Source: a bacterium
Lineage (GTDB): Bacteria > Patescibacteriota > Minisyncoccia > Minisyncoccales > CG1-02-41-26
Length of the DNA: 64,000 nt
Direction: 5' to 3'
Assembly: GCA_030616605.1 (NCBI GenBank)
Contig: JAUWWY010000002.1
Location: 30,404 to 94,403, forward strand
Shown: one piece after another, positions 8,701 to 16,714 of the stretch
Layout: the number at the start of each line of letters is the position of its first letter
How positions within the stretch are numbered: position 1 is the stretch's first letter
Position numbers and translations under genes: made by a program
The notes under the pieces: generated by a model
Told to the model about the DNA's origin: nothing
The model's database searches: none
What the model saw: only the letters and a program-made list of their open reading frames with translations

Positions 8701-11481
8701 TGTAATTGTGTTTGCCAGGGGGGTGCCAACTCCAAGAATATACATATTGTCTAAATAAGCTATGTTGTCCGCATCAGCATCAACTATTGTTATGATTATT
8801 TGGTCAATAGCGTCTTTATCCGCATCTGCAACCCCAGATATCTCCCAAGTTTCCGTTTGGTAGGTATTGGATGTCGCAACATTTGCCGTATGCTCGGTAA
8901 TTGTCCCTCCAGAATCGTGAATACTTATTTTTATATTACTTCCTGTTCTTAAAGCATAGATGTCATATTTAATCGTGCTCATACCAGACAAATCTATCGT
9001 CGGGCTAACTGTCCTCGTCAAAGTCTCATTTAAACTACTGGTCATTTGTGCTATTCCTTTCAGAGAGTAAGTACCTTGTTGGACAATGGTAGATTCAGAA
9101 TAACATTGCAATGCACTTACACCATGGGAAGGATTTTCGTCTTCAGTGCCATTACCACTATTATAAATAGCTTCAATATCAGCCGTAGAAAGCTTAAAGT
9201 TATAAAGGCGAACATCATCTATATCTCCATCAAATCTTTCGGAACCTCCCCCAAGCTGACCTATAAATCCTTGAGTCCAGTCAAAGCTATTTAAAGCGGT
9301 TACTGAATCTGTGCCATCTACACCTGCATTTATGTAAAGCTTCATATCGGTTCCATCATAAGTAACAACCACATGAGACCATCCAGCAGTAGAAATATCT
9401 GCTGCACTTATAGCGTGGATATATCCGCCACCAAGTTTGTTTGTATAACAATGAAGTTTACTATTTTCAATTCTGAAAAACGTAGTGTTAGAAAACTCAG
9501 GCATCATTACAATCTCGTGTACCCCTGTAATTGTATCTGGATAAATCCAAGCACAAATGCTAAATTTTGTTGCCTGCATATCAAGTTCAGTTAAATTTAC
9601 ATAATCATTGGTTCCATCAAAATCAAACGCACCACCTATTTTACCTGTTGAATGCAAAAGAGAAGTATTTTTTGATGCTACCCCAGTAGATGCTGCCATG
9701 GCATCAGCCACATTGGTATTAGCTGCGTCATCATTTAATTTATAATGATGTAATGGATCAGCAACTTCTCCAGCAGCAGCACTACTCACATAAGCTGCTT
9801 GAGCCGCTGCATCGTTAGCATATTCCATATAATCAAGTTCAGTTGGCGCTGCAGGTGCTGTGAGTGAAATAGTTGTGTCATTGTCAGCATCCTGAAGGGC
9901 AGTCGTTATAATAGAGCCATTTACTTCTAACTTTGCCCCAGGACTATTTGTTCCGATTCCCAATCTATTATTAGTATCATCCCAATAAAGATTAGTATTG
10001 TCCTGGGAAATTAGTCCTGATGAAGTAGAGAAGAGGATTGAACCATTGGTTAATCCTGAAAGAGTCAAATCAGTGGTTACTATTAAGTTAGTGGTGGTAG
10101 CTGTGCTTGTAACAGTAAGATTATTAAAAGTTGGAGAATCAGATGTTCTCAGGTTTTGGTTCATTAGATAAACTTCAGTTGCTCCCTGACCAGTATCAAT
10201 TGTTCCTGCTAAAGTAATATTTCCTGAACCCCAGATATCGCCAGCCACGGTTAAAGGATAAGATGGAGTTGTGGTAGCGATACCTAATCTGGTAATAGTG
10301 GTGGTGGCTAAAGTGGAGGTGGCTTGGACAACCTGAGTACCTGAGACAGCAAGATTGCCACTCATTGAAATATCACCAGTGGTACTAAGATTGCCATTTG
10401 AATTAACAGTTAAATAATTGGTTGTGCCACCAACTCTGAAGGTGTTGGTTAAAGTAACAGGGGAGATAAAATTAGCAGTGGCATAAACTCTCAGTTTGTC
10501 TAAAGAATCAGAACCAAGAGTGGCAGAACCACCAACTCCTAAGTTAGTAATTCCAGCCATACCGGAAACCCCCAAAGAAGCTAAGGTCGCTGCTCCTCCT
10601 ATTTGAATTCCCTGGGAGCCAATATATACTGGAGCGGTTGAAACCTGAGTGGAAGGAGGATGAGTTTGAAGTTTACTGGTTAAAATCTGGAGAGTCAGAA
10701 TATCTTTTTCCCATTCCTGGATTTCGGAAATTTGGGATTTGAGCAGAATCAGGGATTTATCATCAATTGTTTCTATTTCTTTGACAATAACTTCTACCTC
10801 TTTTATTATTTCTTTTTGAGACACTCCTTCTTCTTTTAGTTTTTCAAATCTTTCCTGGAGTTCTCTGAATTGTTCTCTGGTAATAAATTTCTCAGCAATT
10901 AATTTTTCTATTTCTTGTTTTAAAACAAGATCTTCCCTTAAAACAACTTTCTCTTTTCCTTTAAAAATGCTAACTACTTTTTGAGGAACCTGTTTTATTT
11001 TCTGAACCAGTATTTGAATTTGTTTTTTAATTGCTCTTGTATTTTGAGTAACATATTGGCTGACCTGGTCTTTAATAGAGGCAGTATTTTTTTTAATATC
11101 AGAAGTAATTTCTTCTACTTGTTTTACGAAGGAACTGACAACTGGTTCAAAATAGGAATAAGCAAAAATAGTTCCAATAAAAGTCAAAACAAAAACCAGT
11201 GCTATTGCCACTACAATAGTGCGTGGCAGCACTGATTGGTAAAAAGGTTTCTCTATTTTTTCTAATTCTTTTTTCTTCTTTCTCTTGGCTGTCTGATTTT
11301 TATACTCTGTCACCCTCTTCAAATATTCATCTATCCATTCTTTGGTAGTCGTCCAGTTTCTACCAATTTTTACTGCCTTTAGTTTTCCTTGCCTGACTCT
11401 TAAATTCAAATACTCCTGAGAATATCCAGAATATTCTGCTGCTTTTCTAAGGGAGATTTGCTCGGACTTTCCTTCCTGCAT
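5731..11481 (-). CDS. Giant (1916 aa) HTH, TM, coiled-coil, LamG, tail-fibre-like protein with a Peptidase_S74-type intramolecular chaperone domain
   Basis: The N-terminus has an excisionase/MerR-like HTH ([34 protein letters not shown]), followed by one TM helix. The LamG/ConA-like region runs from [10 protein letters not shown] to [11 protein letters not shown]. At least 8 G.VGIGT.SP repeats are typical of tail-fibre proteins. [10 protein letters not shown]...LQEWSYK resembles the S74 chaperone domain. Confidence 0.7.
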   Translation of the reverse strand: MQEGKSEQISLRKAAEYSGYSQEYLNLRVRQGKLKAVKIGRNWTTTKEWIDEYLKRVTEYKNQTAKRKKKKELEKIEKPFYQSVLPRTIVVAIALVFVLTFIGTIFAYSYFEPVVSSFVKQVEEITSDIKKNTASIKDQVSQYVTQNTRAIKKQIQILVQKIKQVPQKVVSIFKGKEKVVLREDLVLKQEIEKLIAEKFITREQFRELQERFEKLKEEGVSQKEIIKEVEVIVKEIETIDDKSLILLKSQISEIQEWEKDILTLQILTSKLQTHPPSTQVSTAPVYIGSQGIQIGGAATLASLGVSGMAGITNLGVGGSATLGSDSLDKLRVYATANFISPVTLTNTFRVGGTTNYLTVNSNGNLSTTGDISMSGNLAVSGTQVVQATSTLATTTITRLGIATTTPSYPLTVAGDIWGSGNITLAGTIDTGQGATEVYLMNQNLRTSDSPTFNNLTVTSTATTTNLIVTTDLTLSGLTNGSILFSTSSGLISQDNTNLYWDDTNNRLGIGTNSPGAKLEVNGSIITTALQDADNDTTISLTAPAAPTELDYMEYANDAAAQAAYVSSAAAGEVADPLHHYKLNDDAANTNVADAMAASTGVASKNTSLLHSTGKIGGAFDFDGTNDYVNLTELDMQATKFSICAWIYPDTITGVHEIVMMPEFSNTTFFRIENSKLHCYTNKLGGGYIHAISAADISTAGWSHVVVTYDGTDMKLYINAGVDGTDSVTALNSFDWTQGFIGQLGGGSERFDGDIDDVRLYNFKLSTADIEAIYNSGNGTEDENPSHGVSALQCYSESTIVQQGTYSLKGIAQMTSSLNETLTRTVSPTIDLSGMSTIKYDIYALRTGSNIKISIHDSGGTITEHTANVATSNTYQTETWEISGVADADKDAIDQIIITIVDADADNIAYLDNMYILGVGTPLANTITFKTFGTERMRIDSSGRVGIGTVTPVYKVHVYGAGAEDIGLVSQTNNVSYSGYLSSFNSGSGNYIQVRSYGSSTGGTLFGISTNDMNAIWSQSATTFAIGAIEDIPVVFGQNNAEVMRIHDNGNVGIGTSSPASLLDVYGSAQFGTSSTPVLYIDSGNQRVGIGTSSPARLLEVSGNIRAKYLEIIRPYDNSAQSPYDATPWLYLQHTNDSFGSHIPIKFNLGGGEYFIIDAERPAEDEVNLIFGSRAAAPGYIEHMRIQRDGKVGIGTSSPGARLTVQSSGTDTHPFQILNSDGNAILGLWEQTNKHATMTLADATGTTIWFNTIGDSYFNTGGNLGIGTDSPEYTLDVNGFVKSKGQMQNYWLTAESGSTDNNKWYQIAETNLISQYAETESIFIVSIVGGTWLRISSQQFMVRIRQQATMSSSPDITLIPIQSAGYRVIPIKAILTSDTSELKTLKIYAYQVDTYNKFSTAQIQGVFTPVEGASGIATESLPAGTQYDLDDDAFYVRNDGNVGIGTGSPTSLLEISDTTAGEKVLLQLTSGRVFGQDSVAIRLSPTHAPTERYAEIKAIPTGDTDYGWVDLAFSVTAGPTLTEAMRITSAGNVGIGTDSPVGNLDIVDNGGAELTGMLQIHADDTAPYAQRWHAGANSFGAWVSADNVLMGTGQWMGSSSKEIKHNFVEIDGKELLNKLKELPLQEWSYKQDIDSAMRHFSPFSEDFYAIFGLGDNKGISGTDLGGLALGMIKEQQNQIEELKLKIGATTTSSSEQTTLLHNFTEAVKDSLQKLGLIIENGVAKVKKLIVGTARIDKLEMVDQITGEIWCSWVENGQQMRVKADCDSATITVPTGDTTGGTTDSTTPEEESPAGDTTESQATTTNTTTTETATTTEETTSPEATTTPETSSIDSEQATTTITESTITVPTGDTIPTPEPEPTPEPEPTPEPEPEPTPEPEPTPEPEPTPEPEPTPEPEPEPTPEPEPEPEPTPEPTP
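5734..5925 (-). repeat. Coding tandem repeat (36/42-bp units on a 6-bp base period) encoding a (TPEPEP)n tail
   Basis: Repeated GGCGTTGGTTCAGGTTCAGGAGTTGGTTCTGGCTC(TGGCTC)G units. Translates on the minus strand as [14 protein letters not shown]... Confidence 0.9.
5931..5948 (+). repeat. REP-like hairpin repeat, copy C (inside the giant gene, in frame as ITVPTGDT)
   Basis: Exact CACCGGTCGGGACGGTGA. Confidence 0.8.
6159..6176 (+). repeat. REP-like hairpin repeat, copy D (inside the giant gene, in frame as ITVPTGDT)
   Basis: Exact CACCGGTCGGGACGGTGA. Confidence 0.8.
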
Positions 11482-11543
11482 TATCTAATTATCAACCATC
11501 CCATATACCCTTATCAAGCCCCTCCTGTGGATAACTATTTGAT

Positions 11544-11563
11544 ACCAAATAGTACTATTTGGT
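11544..11563. promoter_or_regulatory. Perfect 20-bp palindrome ACCAAATAGTACTATTTGGT upstream of the giant HTH gene (candidate operator)
   Basis: Perfect dyad read directly. It lies 63-82 nt upstream of the ATG at 11481 and 10 nt from a perfect DnaA-box 9-mer (TGTGGATAA, 11526-11534). Confidence 0.4.
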
Positions 11564-11578
11564 AACAAATATATAGTA

Positions 11579-13609
11579 TTACTGCAAAAGTTGGAGAAAG
11601 TTTTTTTCGTTAAGGATTCTAATTCCTAATTTTTTAGCTTCTTCTAATTTTGAACCGGGGTTCTTGCCAACTATTAAAAAATCGGTCTTTTTACTGACTA
11701 AATTTGTTGGATGTCCACCCAATATTCTTATCTTGTTTTCGGCTTGAGCTCTACTCATAGATTTTAAAGTACCGGTTAAGACAAAGGTTTTTCTTTTCAA
11801 TTTCTTGCCGAATTTTTGGGGAGCTAAAATTTTAACTCCTGCCTTTTTTAAATCTTCAATTAGCTTCAAATTTCTCTCTGATTTAAACCATTTAAATATA
11901 GATTGGGAAGCTTGAGGACCAATATCTGGAATCTTTTTAAGTTCTTCTTTTGAGGCGTCTTTTAGTTTTTCTATAGAGCCAAAATATTGAGCAAGAGCAA
12001 TGGCTGTTTCTTCTCCGACATAACGAATTCCAAAACTATAAATAAACCGAGTTAAAGATATTTTTCTACTATTTTCAATAGCTCGAACTAAATTTCTGGC
12101 AGATTTTTCAGCAAATCTTTCCAAAGGAATTAAGTCTCCTTGTTTTAATTCAAAAATATCAGAAGCTCTAGAAATTAAATTCTCATCCATTAAAAGGTCA
12201 ATAATCTTTGGTCCGACTCCAACAATATCAAATGCTTTTTTGGAAACAAAATGAGATAAAATTTCTTTTCTCCGGGCAGAACAATCTGGATTAGGACATC
12301 TCCATACTGCTTCTCCCAAGGGTCGAACTAATTTACTTTTGCAAATTGGACATTTTGTAGGAAATTGGAATCCTTTTTCTCTTCCTGTTCTCAACTCTTT
12401 AAGAACCTTTACTACTGCTGGAATAACGTCTCCGGCTCGCTCGATAATTATTGTATCTCCGATTTTTACCCCCAATCTCTTTAATTGGTCGTGGTTGTGA
12501 AGAGTTGCCCTAGTAATAGTAACTCCCTCCACCTTAACTGGCTCTAAATGGGCTACAGGAGTTAAAGCACCTGTTCTTCCCATTTGAACTTTTATATCTT
12601 TAATTTTTGTGGTAGCTTGCTTGGGAGAAAATTTCAAAGCCCGAATCCCCCGAGGACTTTTACCGGCTACTCCCAGTTTTTGAAACAAGGAATTATTGTC
12701 TACGCTTACCACCACCCCATCAATTTGAAAAGGCAGGACTTCTCTTTTTTTAGCAAGAGCTTGCCAGAAATCTAAAGCTTGAGCTAAATTCTGACAAACT
12801 CTACCTAAGTCAATTTTAAATCCCAAGGCCGATAAAATTTGATGCCCCTGAGAGTGAAATCCTTGACCAAGATTTGCAATTAAATCGTAAGCTAAAAATT
12901 TAAGAGGTCTTTCACTTGCTAACTTAGGATTAAGTTGGCGGATGGAGCCGGCAGCTAAATTCCGGGGATTAGAATAGGTTGACTTCCCTTCTTTTTTACG
13001 TTTCTCATTAAATTTCTCAAAATCTCTTTTTTCCATATAAACTTCGCCCCGAATTTCTATCCTGTCTTTCTCAATTAATTTCTTTAGATTTTTCTTGTTT
13101 TTTAAAAAAGGAATTTTCTGATGAATCTCAAGTTTTAAAGGAATACTTTCTATTGTTTTTAAATTTTGAGTAACATCTTCTCCAGTAATTCCATCTCCCC
13201 GGGTTGCTCCCTGGCTGAAAATTCCGTTTTTGTAAATCAAAGAGATTGCAAAACCATCTATTTTCATCTCAGCAAAATATTGGAATTTCTGACCAGAAAT
13301 TAATTTTTTCAAATAGTTTTCCCAATTTTTCAATTCTTTTTGCTCAAATACATCTTCAATAGAAAGCATGGCTATTCTGTGTCTCTTTTTCTTGAATTCG
13401 TCTAATGGTTTGCCAGCTACTCTCTGGGTAGGCGAATCTGAAGTTATAAATTCCGGGTATCTCTGTTCTAATTTGTAAAGCTCGTGTTTCAAAGAATCTA
13501 ATGCTTCCTGGGAAATCTCTTGCTTATTACGGACATGATATAAATAACGGTGATAGTTAATCACCTTTTTTAGTTTTTCTATCCTTTTTTGAATCTCAGA
13601 TTTGTTCAT
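11579..13609 (-). CDS. ligA: NAD-dependent DNA ligase
   Basis: 676 aa. KxDG adenylation motif (EMKIDGFAISL), Zn-finger Cys4 (CPICKS...CPNPDC), HhH and BRCT-like C-terminus. Confidence 0.95.
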   Translation of the reverse strand: MNKSEIQKRIEKLKKVINYHRYLYHVRNKQEISQEALDSLKHELYKLEQRYPEFITSDSPTQRVAGKPLDEFKKKRHRIAMLSIEDVFEQKELKNWENYLKKLISGQKFQYFAEMKIDGFAISLIYKNGIFSQGATRGDGITGEDVTQNLKTIESIPLKLEIHQKIPFLKNKKNLKKLIEKDRIEIRGEVYMEKRDFEKFNEKRKKEGKSTYSNPRNLAAGSIRQLNPKLASERPLKFLAYDLIANLGQGFHSQGHQILSALGFKIDLGRVCQNLAQALDFWQALAKKREVLPFQIDGVVVSVDNNSLFQKLGVAGKSPRGIRALKFSPKQATTKIKDIKVQMGRTGALTPVAHLEPVKVEGVTITRATLHNHDQLKRLGVKIGDTIIIERAGDVIPAVVKVLKELRTGREKGFQFPTKCPICKSKLVRPLGEAVWRCPNPDCSARRKEILSHFVSKKAFDIVGVGPKIIDLLMDENLISRASDIFELKQGDLIPLERFAEKSARNLVRAIENSRKISLTRFIYSFGIRYVGEETAIALAQYFGSIEKLKDASKEELKKIPDIGPQASQSIFKWFKSERNLKLIEDLKKAGVKILAPQKFGKKLKRKTFVLTGTLKSMSRAQAENKIRILGGHPTNLVSKKTDFLIVGKNPGSKLEEAKKLGIRILNEKNFLQLLQ

Positions 13610-13612
13610 AGA

Positions 13613-13975
13613 TTAAAAATTTATTTCAATTTTTCTCTTTGTTTTTTTGTATTTGCCAGTCGACCAAACAGTAGTGGTTGAAGTATCAGAAACACAAACT
13701 TCATAGCTTGCTCCATTAGCTAAAGTAGCTTTATAAGCTGAAGCACAGTCTCCTAAGGCAAGAGAATATCCTTCTTTGAAAACTGCGTACAAGAGTCTCT
13801 CTATTCCGGTATCTGCCCCATAAAAAGCATTTACTGAATCACTTGTAGTCCAAATAATTTTTATTTGGCTGACTGAAATACTGACCAAAGATAAGAGAGC
13901 TGTGGTTAAAACAGAAAGAATAACAATAGTCAGATACAAAGAAACTCCTTTTTGATTTTTTTTAATATTGAACAT
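13613..13975 (-). CDS. PilX/GspK-like minor pilin (hydrophobic N-terminus, no G|F site)
   Basis: Start moved to MFNIKKNQKGVSLYLTIVILSVL... It is last in the H-I-J-K-like minor pilin series. Confidence 0.5.
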   Translation of the reverse strand: MFNIKKNQKGVSLYLTIVILSVLTTALLSLVSISVSQIKIIWTTSDSVNAFYGADTGIERLLYAVFKEGYSLALGDCASAYKATLANGASYEVCVSDTSTTTVWSTGKYKKTKRKIEINF

Positions 13976-14516
13976 CGAGGTCTCTTTGGGAAATTGTGGT
14001 TTGGAGATTAAGAGTTTGAGGTGATGCTCCAACTGTTTTCAACTTTAAAGCAAAGGTCACTTGGGGCTGAAGAACATCGTCTTGAGATGCTCCTTTGATT
14101 TCAAAAGACAGTCCCTCTACCTCAAGATTTGATGGGGTCAAAGGCATAAAATCTTTAGATTCGGGAACTGGAGGGGTACCATCAGCTAATTTTGATTTCC
14201 CTACCTTTAATTGCTTAGTCTCTAAAATAAATTCTTGACATTTTCCATTGTAATTCAAGAATCTTATACCATTAGCTATAGTTTCAAAATTATGTTTTTC
14301 AGTAATGCAATTCCCAGTAATGTCTTTTTTCGCCATCCGTAAATCCCGGCTTATATACTCTGTTAGATAGGAAGCGCTGTTTAAAAGATATGCTGAATTT
14401 AAGCTTTCTCTTTGATAATGAAAAGCAGAAGTAAAAAGGCTTAAAAAGGCAATAATTACAATGGAAAAGATAGTTATGCTAATTAGAATTTCAATTAAAG
14501 TGAAACCTTTATTCAT
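13962..14516 (-). CDS. PilW/GspJ-like minor prepilin with an intact leader
   Basis: MNKG|FTLIEILISITIFSIVI prepilin cleavage/methylation motif. Start at the ATG at 14516. Confidence 0.75.
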   Translation of the reverse strand: MNKGFTLIEILISITIFSIVIIAFLSLFTSAFHYQRESLNSAYLLNSASYLTEYISRDLRMAKKDITGNCITEKHNFETIANGIRFLNYNGKCQEFILETKQLKVGKSKLADGTPPVPESKDFMPLTPSNLEVEGLSFEIKGASQDDVLQPQVTFALKLKTVGASPQTLNLQTTISQRDLDVQY

Positions 14517-14521
14517 AAATA

Positions 14522-15064
14522 TTAACGCCAATTATATAAATTTTCTTCAACTTCAAAGGGCGAACCCTTACCTAACCAGTTTATTTCAACTTTGACATTC
14601 AAAATATCAGCCGACACTGAGTCAGGTGTAATTGTAATTTTCCTTTTAAATTTTGTATCTTGACCATTTTGATAATTATAAAATTCGTTAGAATCAATTT
14701 TTAGATAGCGACCCTGAAAAGAAACAAGGGCTAAATCATCATAGTCAATTTCACAACCGCCAGAACAATCAGTTAAACCATCATCCCAATTTACTCTTTC
14801 CAGCCAATTTGAGTCCCGAATATTTCTGACAATTTCAATTCCCTCTCTACTAAGCTGTGAGGCAATAAATTTGTTATTCTGTTCCGCTGTAATAGAAACT
14901 ACTCTGGGAACTATGGCATAGATACCAACAATTCCAATAGTCATTATTGAAACAGCGACCATTATTTCCATTAAGCTAAACCCAGCACCACTTTTATTGG
15001 GGAAAAGTGGTCTCTTGATAAAGTTGGAAATATAAAAGTGGTGCTGGGTAAATCCTTTGTTCAT
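14522..15064 (-). CDS. PilV/GspI-like minor prepilin whose leader carries a 24-codon palindromic insertion
   Basis: Reads MNKGFT-QHHFYISNFIKRPLFPNKSGA-G|FSLMEIMVAVS. Removing nt 14984-15055 gives the canonical MNKGFSLMEIM. Confidence 0.7.
   Translation of the reverse strand: MNKGFTQHHFYISNFIKRPLFPNKSGAGFSLMEIMVAVSIMTIGIVGIYAIVPRVVSITAEQNNKFIASQLSREGIEIVRNIRDSNWLERVNWDDGLTDCSGGCEIDYDDLALVSFQGRYLKIDSNEFYNYQNGQDTKFKRKITITPDSVSADILNVKVEINWLGKGSPFEVEENLYNWR
14981..15048. mobile_element. 68-bp palindromic (MITE-like) relic: 16-bp perfect inverted repeats CCCAGCACCACTTTTA / TAAAAGTGGTGCTGGG separated by 36 bp
   Basis: Arms at 14981-14996 and 15033-15048 are exact reverse complements. They match the termini of the GIY-YIG element at 15575-15857 at 15 of 16 positions. 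Confidence 0.75.
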
Positions 15065-15067
15065 AAT

Positions 15068-15838
15068 TTATTCTATTTCTATTCTCCCGGCCGAATTTAT
15101 TTTTATAATCTTCTCATCTTCTCCTAAAACAAGGATAATTTCAGCTTCTTCCCTCCAATCCTCTCCATTTATAAAAGTGATTGGGTTAGGAGGAGAAAAA
15201 ACAATGTTTAAAGCATTTGAGACCGAGGGTGATATGCTTTGAATTTGAACTCCTTTTTCTAAATTCACCTCTCTTAAAACTTTGTCATTTGCTTGAATAT
15301 AACTTTGGTCTTTATTACAGTCAGCAAAAAGAAGATAAGAAGTTGGTGAAGAAACTACGTGAAAATAAACGCCAAAATTATGAGTTTCTCCGCCAGCACA
15401 ACTTACTTCTCCAGCTCCCATTGCCATCTCCTGGGTTTCTCTTAAATCTTGTGTTAATTGATAAGCTACTCTTTGAAGGGCTAATTTTTTTTCCTCTCCT
15501 GTTTTACCTAAAAATAAAACAGAAGAGAGAATACCAATGATTATTATGGTCACCAAAAGTTCAACTAAAGTGAACCCAGCACCATTTTTAAAGCTATTTC
15601 GTGCACGCCTCTTAAACTCTTTAACGGCGTTGCCATGACCCTTCAACCTTTTCTCTCTTTCTCTGGCGTCTTGTTCTGATTGATATGCCTCATAAGATAC
15701 AAGTCGCCACGGCCTATATCGTCTGGTCGATATTTCTAAACCATTATTATGTTCATGCAACCTTCTACGAAGATCATTTGTAGATCCTATGTATACTTGC
15801 TTATATTTTGTACTTTCTAATAGATATACGTAAAACAT
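15068..15838 (-). CDS. GIY-YIG nuclease domain (aa 1-~80) fused in frame to a FimT/GspH-like minor prepilin (G88|F89TLVELLVTIIIIGIL...)
   Basis: The N-terminus is MFYVYLLESTKYKQVYIGSTNDLRRRLHEHN...YEAY...REKRLK (GIY-YIG). It is followed by NGAG|FTLVELL, the prepilin cleavage motif, and a pseudopilin body. Confidence 0.8.
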   Translation of the reverse strand: MFYVYLLESTKYKQVYIGSTNDLRRRLHEHNNGLEISTRRYRPWRLVSYEAYQSEQDAREREKRLKGHGNAVKEFKRRARNSFKNGAGFTLVELLVTIIIIGILSSVLFLGKTGEEKKLALQRVAYQLTQDLRETQEMAMGAGEVSCAGGETHNFGVYFHVVSSPTSYLLFADCNKDQSYIQANDKVLREVNLEKGVQIQSISPSVSNALNIVFSPPNPITFINGEDWREEAEIILVLGEDEKIIKINSAGRIEIE

Positions 15839-15857
15839 AATTAAAAATGGTGCTGGG
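15575..15857 (-). mobile_element. GIY-YIG gene cassette bounded by perfect 16-bp inverted repeats, inserted in prepilin leader codons
   Basis: CCCAGCACCATTTTTA (15575-15590) and TAAAAATGGTGCTGGG (15842-15857) are exact reverse complements. They are flanked by the near-identical direct repeats GGGTTCAC and GGATTCAC. Confidence 0.75.
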
Positions 15858-15873
15858 TGAATCCTTTATTCAT
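15841..15873 (-). other. Relic prepilin start: 10-codon ORF MNKGFTQHHF* whose ATG overlaps the pilD stop (ATGA)
   Basis: ATGAATAAAGGATTCACCCAGCACCATTTTTAA. It is identical at peptide level to the first 10 residues of the 14522..15064 product. Confidence 0.7.
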
Positions 15874-16637
15874 AATAAATTAAGATACCAATTAATTATT
15901 TCTCTTCCCCAAAATAAAGCAATAAATGTTCCGCTAACCAGAAAAGGACCAAAAGGTACTTTACTTGTTAAGCTTTTTTTAGCAAAAGCCACTAAACCTA
16001 ATCCTATTATAGCACCGATAAAAAATGAAAAAAATAAACCAACTAAAATATTAGGAAAGCCGAGAAAAAGACCGATAAAAAAACCTAATTTGGCATCACC
16101 TAAGCCCATCCATTTACCCCGGGACAAGAACCAAATTAGAAAGAAAAACCCTGAAGCAGCAAGAGCACTTAGAATTGAGGAATAAAAATTAGAAGTTTGA
16201 AAATTGAAAATTATTTGATAAAAAAGAACTATTATGATTGCTGGAAAAATTATTTTATCAAGGATTATATAGTGTTTAAGGTCATAAACGAAAATGACAA
16301 TTAAGAGACAAGAAATGATTGATAAATAAACAGTAAATGGTAAATCGTAAATGGTAAATCGTAAAAAAATTAAGACAAAAATAATTCCTGTGCCTATCTC
16401 AACTAAGGGATATTGCCAGGAAATTGGTTTTTGACAATACCTACACTTTCTCTTTAAGAATATAAAACTTAAAATTGGGATTAAATCAAAAAATCCTAAT
16501 TTGTGATGACAACTTGGACAATAAGAACGATTACTGAGAAAACTCTCTTTCTTTTCCAAACGATAAATCAGACAATTTAAAAAACTGCCAAAACAAATCC
16601 CAAAAATAAAAATAATTATCCCAAAAATTATATTCAT
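15870..16637 (-). CDS. pilD: Prepilin peptidase / N-methyltransferase (A24 family)
   Basis: 255 aa. N-terminal CxxC...CxxC (CPSCHHKL...CRYCQKPI), polytopic, with the conserved GLGDAKL aspartyl motif. Confidence 0.9.
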   Translation of the reverse strand: MNIIFGIIIFIFGICFGSFLNCLIYRLEKKESFLSNRSYCPSCHHKLGFFDLIPILSFIFLKRKCRYCQKPISWQYPLVEIGTGIIFVLIFLRFTIYDLPFTVYLSIISCLLIVIFVYDLKHYIILDKIIFPAIIIVLFYQIIFNFQTSNFYSSILSALAASGFFFLIWFLSRGKWMGLGDAKLGFFIGLFLGFPNILVGLFFSFFIGAIIGLGLVAFAKKSLTSKVPFGPFLVSGTFIALFWGREIINWYLNLL

Positions 16638-16649
16638 TAGCTCATTCTA

Positions 16650-16684
16650 ACAAAAAATTGCCCAAGAGAAAAATCTTGGGCAAT
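16650..16684 (-). terminator. Rho-independent terminator/attenuator after the major pilin gene
   Basis: 11-bp stem ATTGCCCAAGA/TCTTGGGCAAT with a 6-nt loop, followed on the minus strand by TTTTTTG. Confidence 0.7.
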
Positions 16685-16714
16685 TTTAGAAAATTATTTA
16701 TTGTTTAATAAACC

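Noticed and set aside
1-11481. A diversity-generating retroelement could target the C-terminal domains of the surface proteins.
   Set aside because: No reverse transcriptase ORF and no template/variable repeat pair with A-specific mismatches were visible in the window.
11526-11534. Perfect DnaA-box 9-mers at 11526-11534 and 39999-40007 could be evidence for an origin or DnaA regulon sites.
   Set aside because: One or two perfect 9-mers are expected by chance in 64 kb on two strands. The first is noted only as a neighbour of the palindrome. The real origin signature is at dnaA.
16333-16360. A 14-bp tandem duplication (GTAAATGGTAAATC x2) inside pilD could act as a slipped-strand phase-variation switch.
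   Set aside because: There are only two copies. The present frame is intact and encodes plausible TM sequence (RFTIYDLPFTVY). There is no evidence of copy-number variation from a single sequence.
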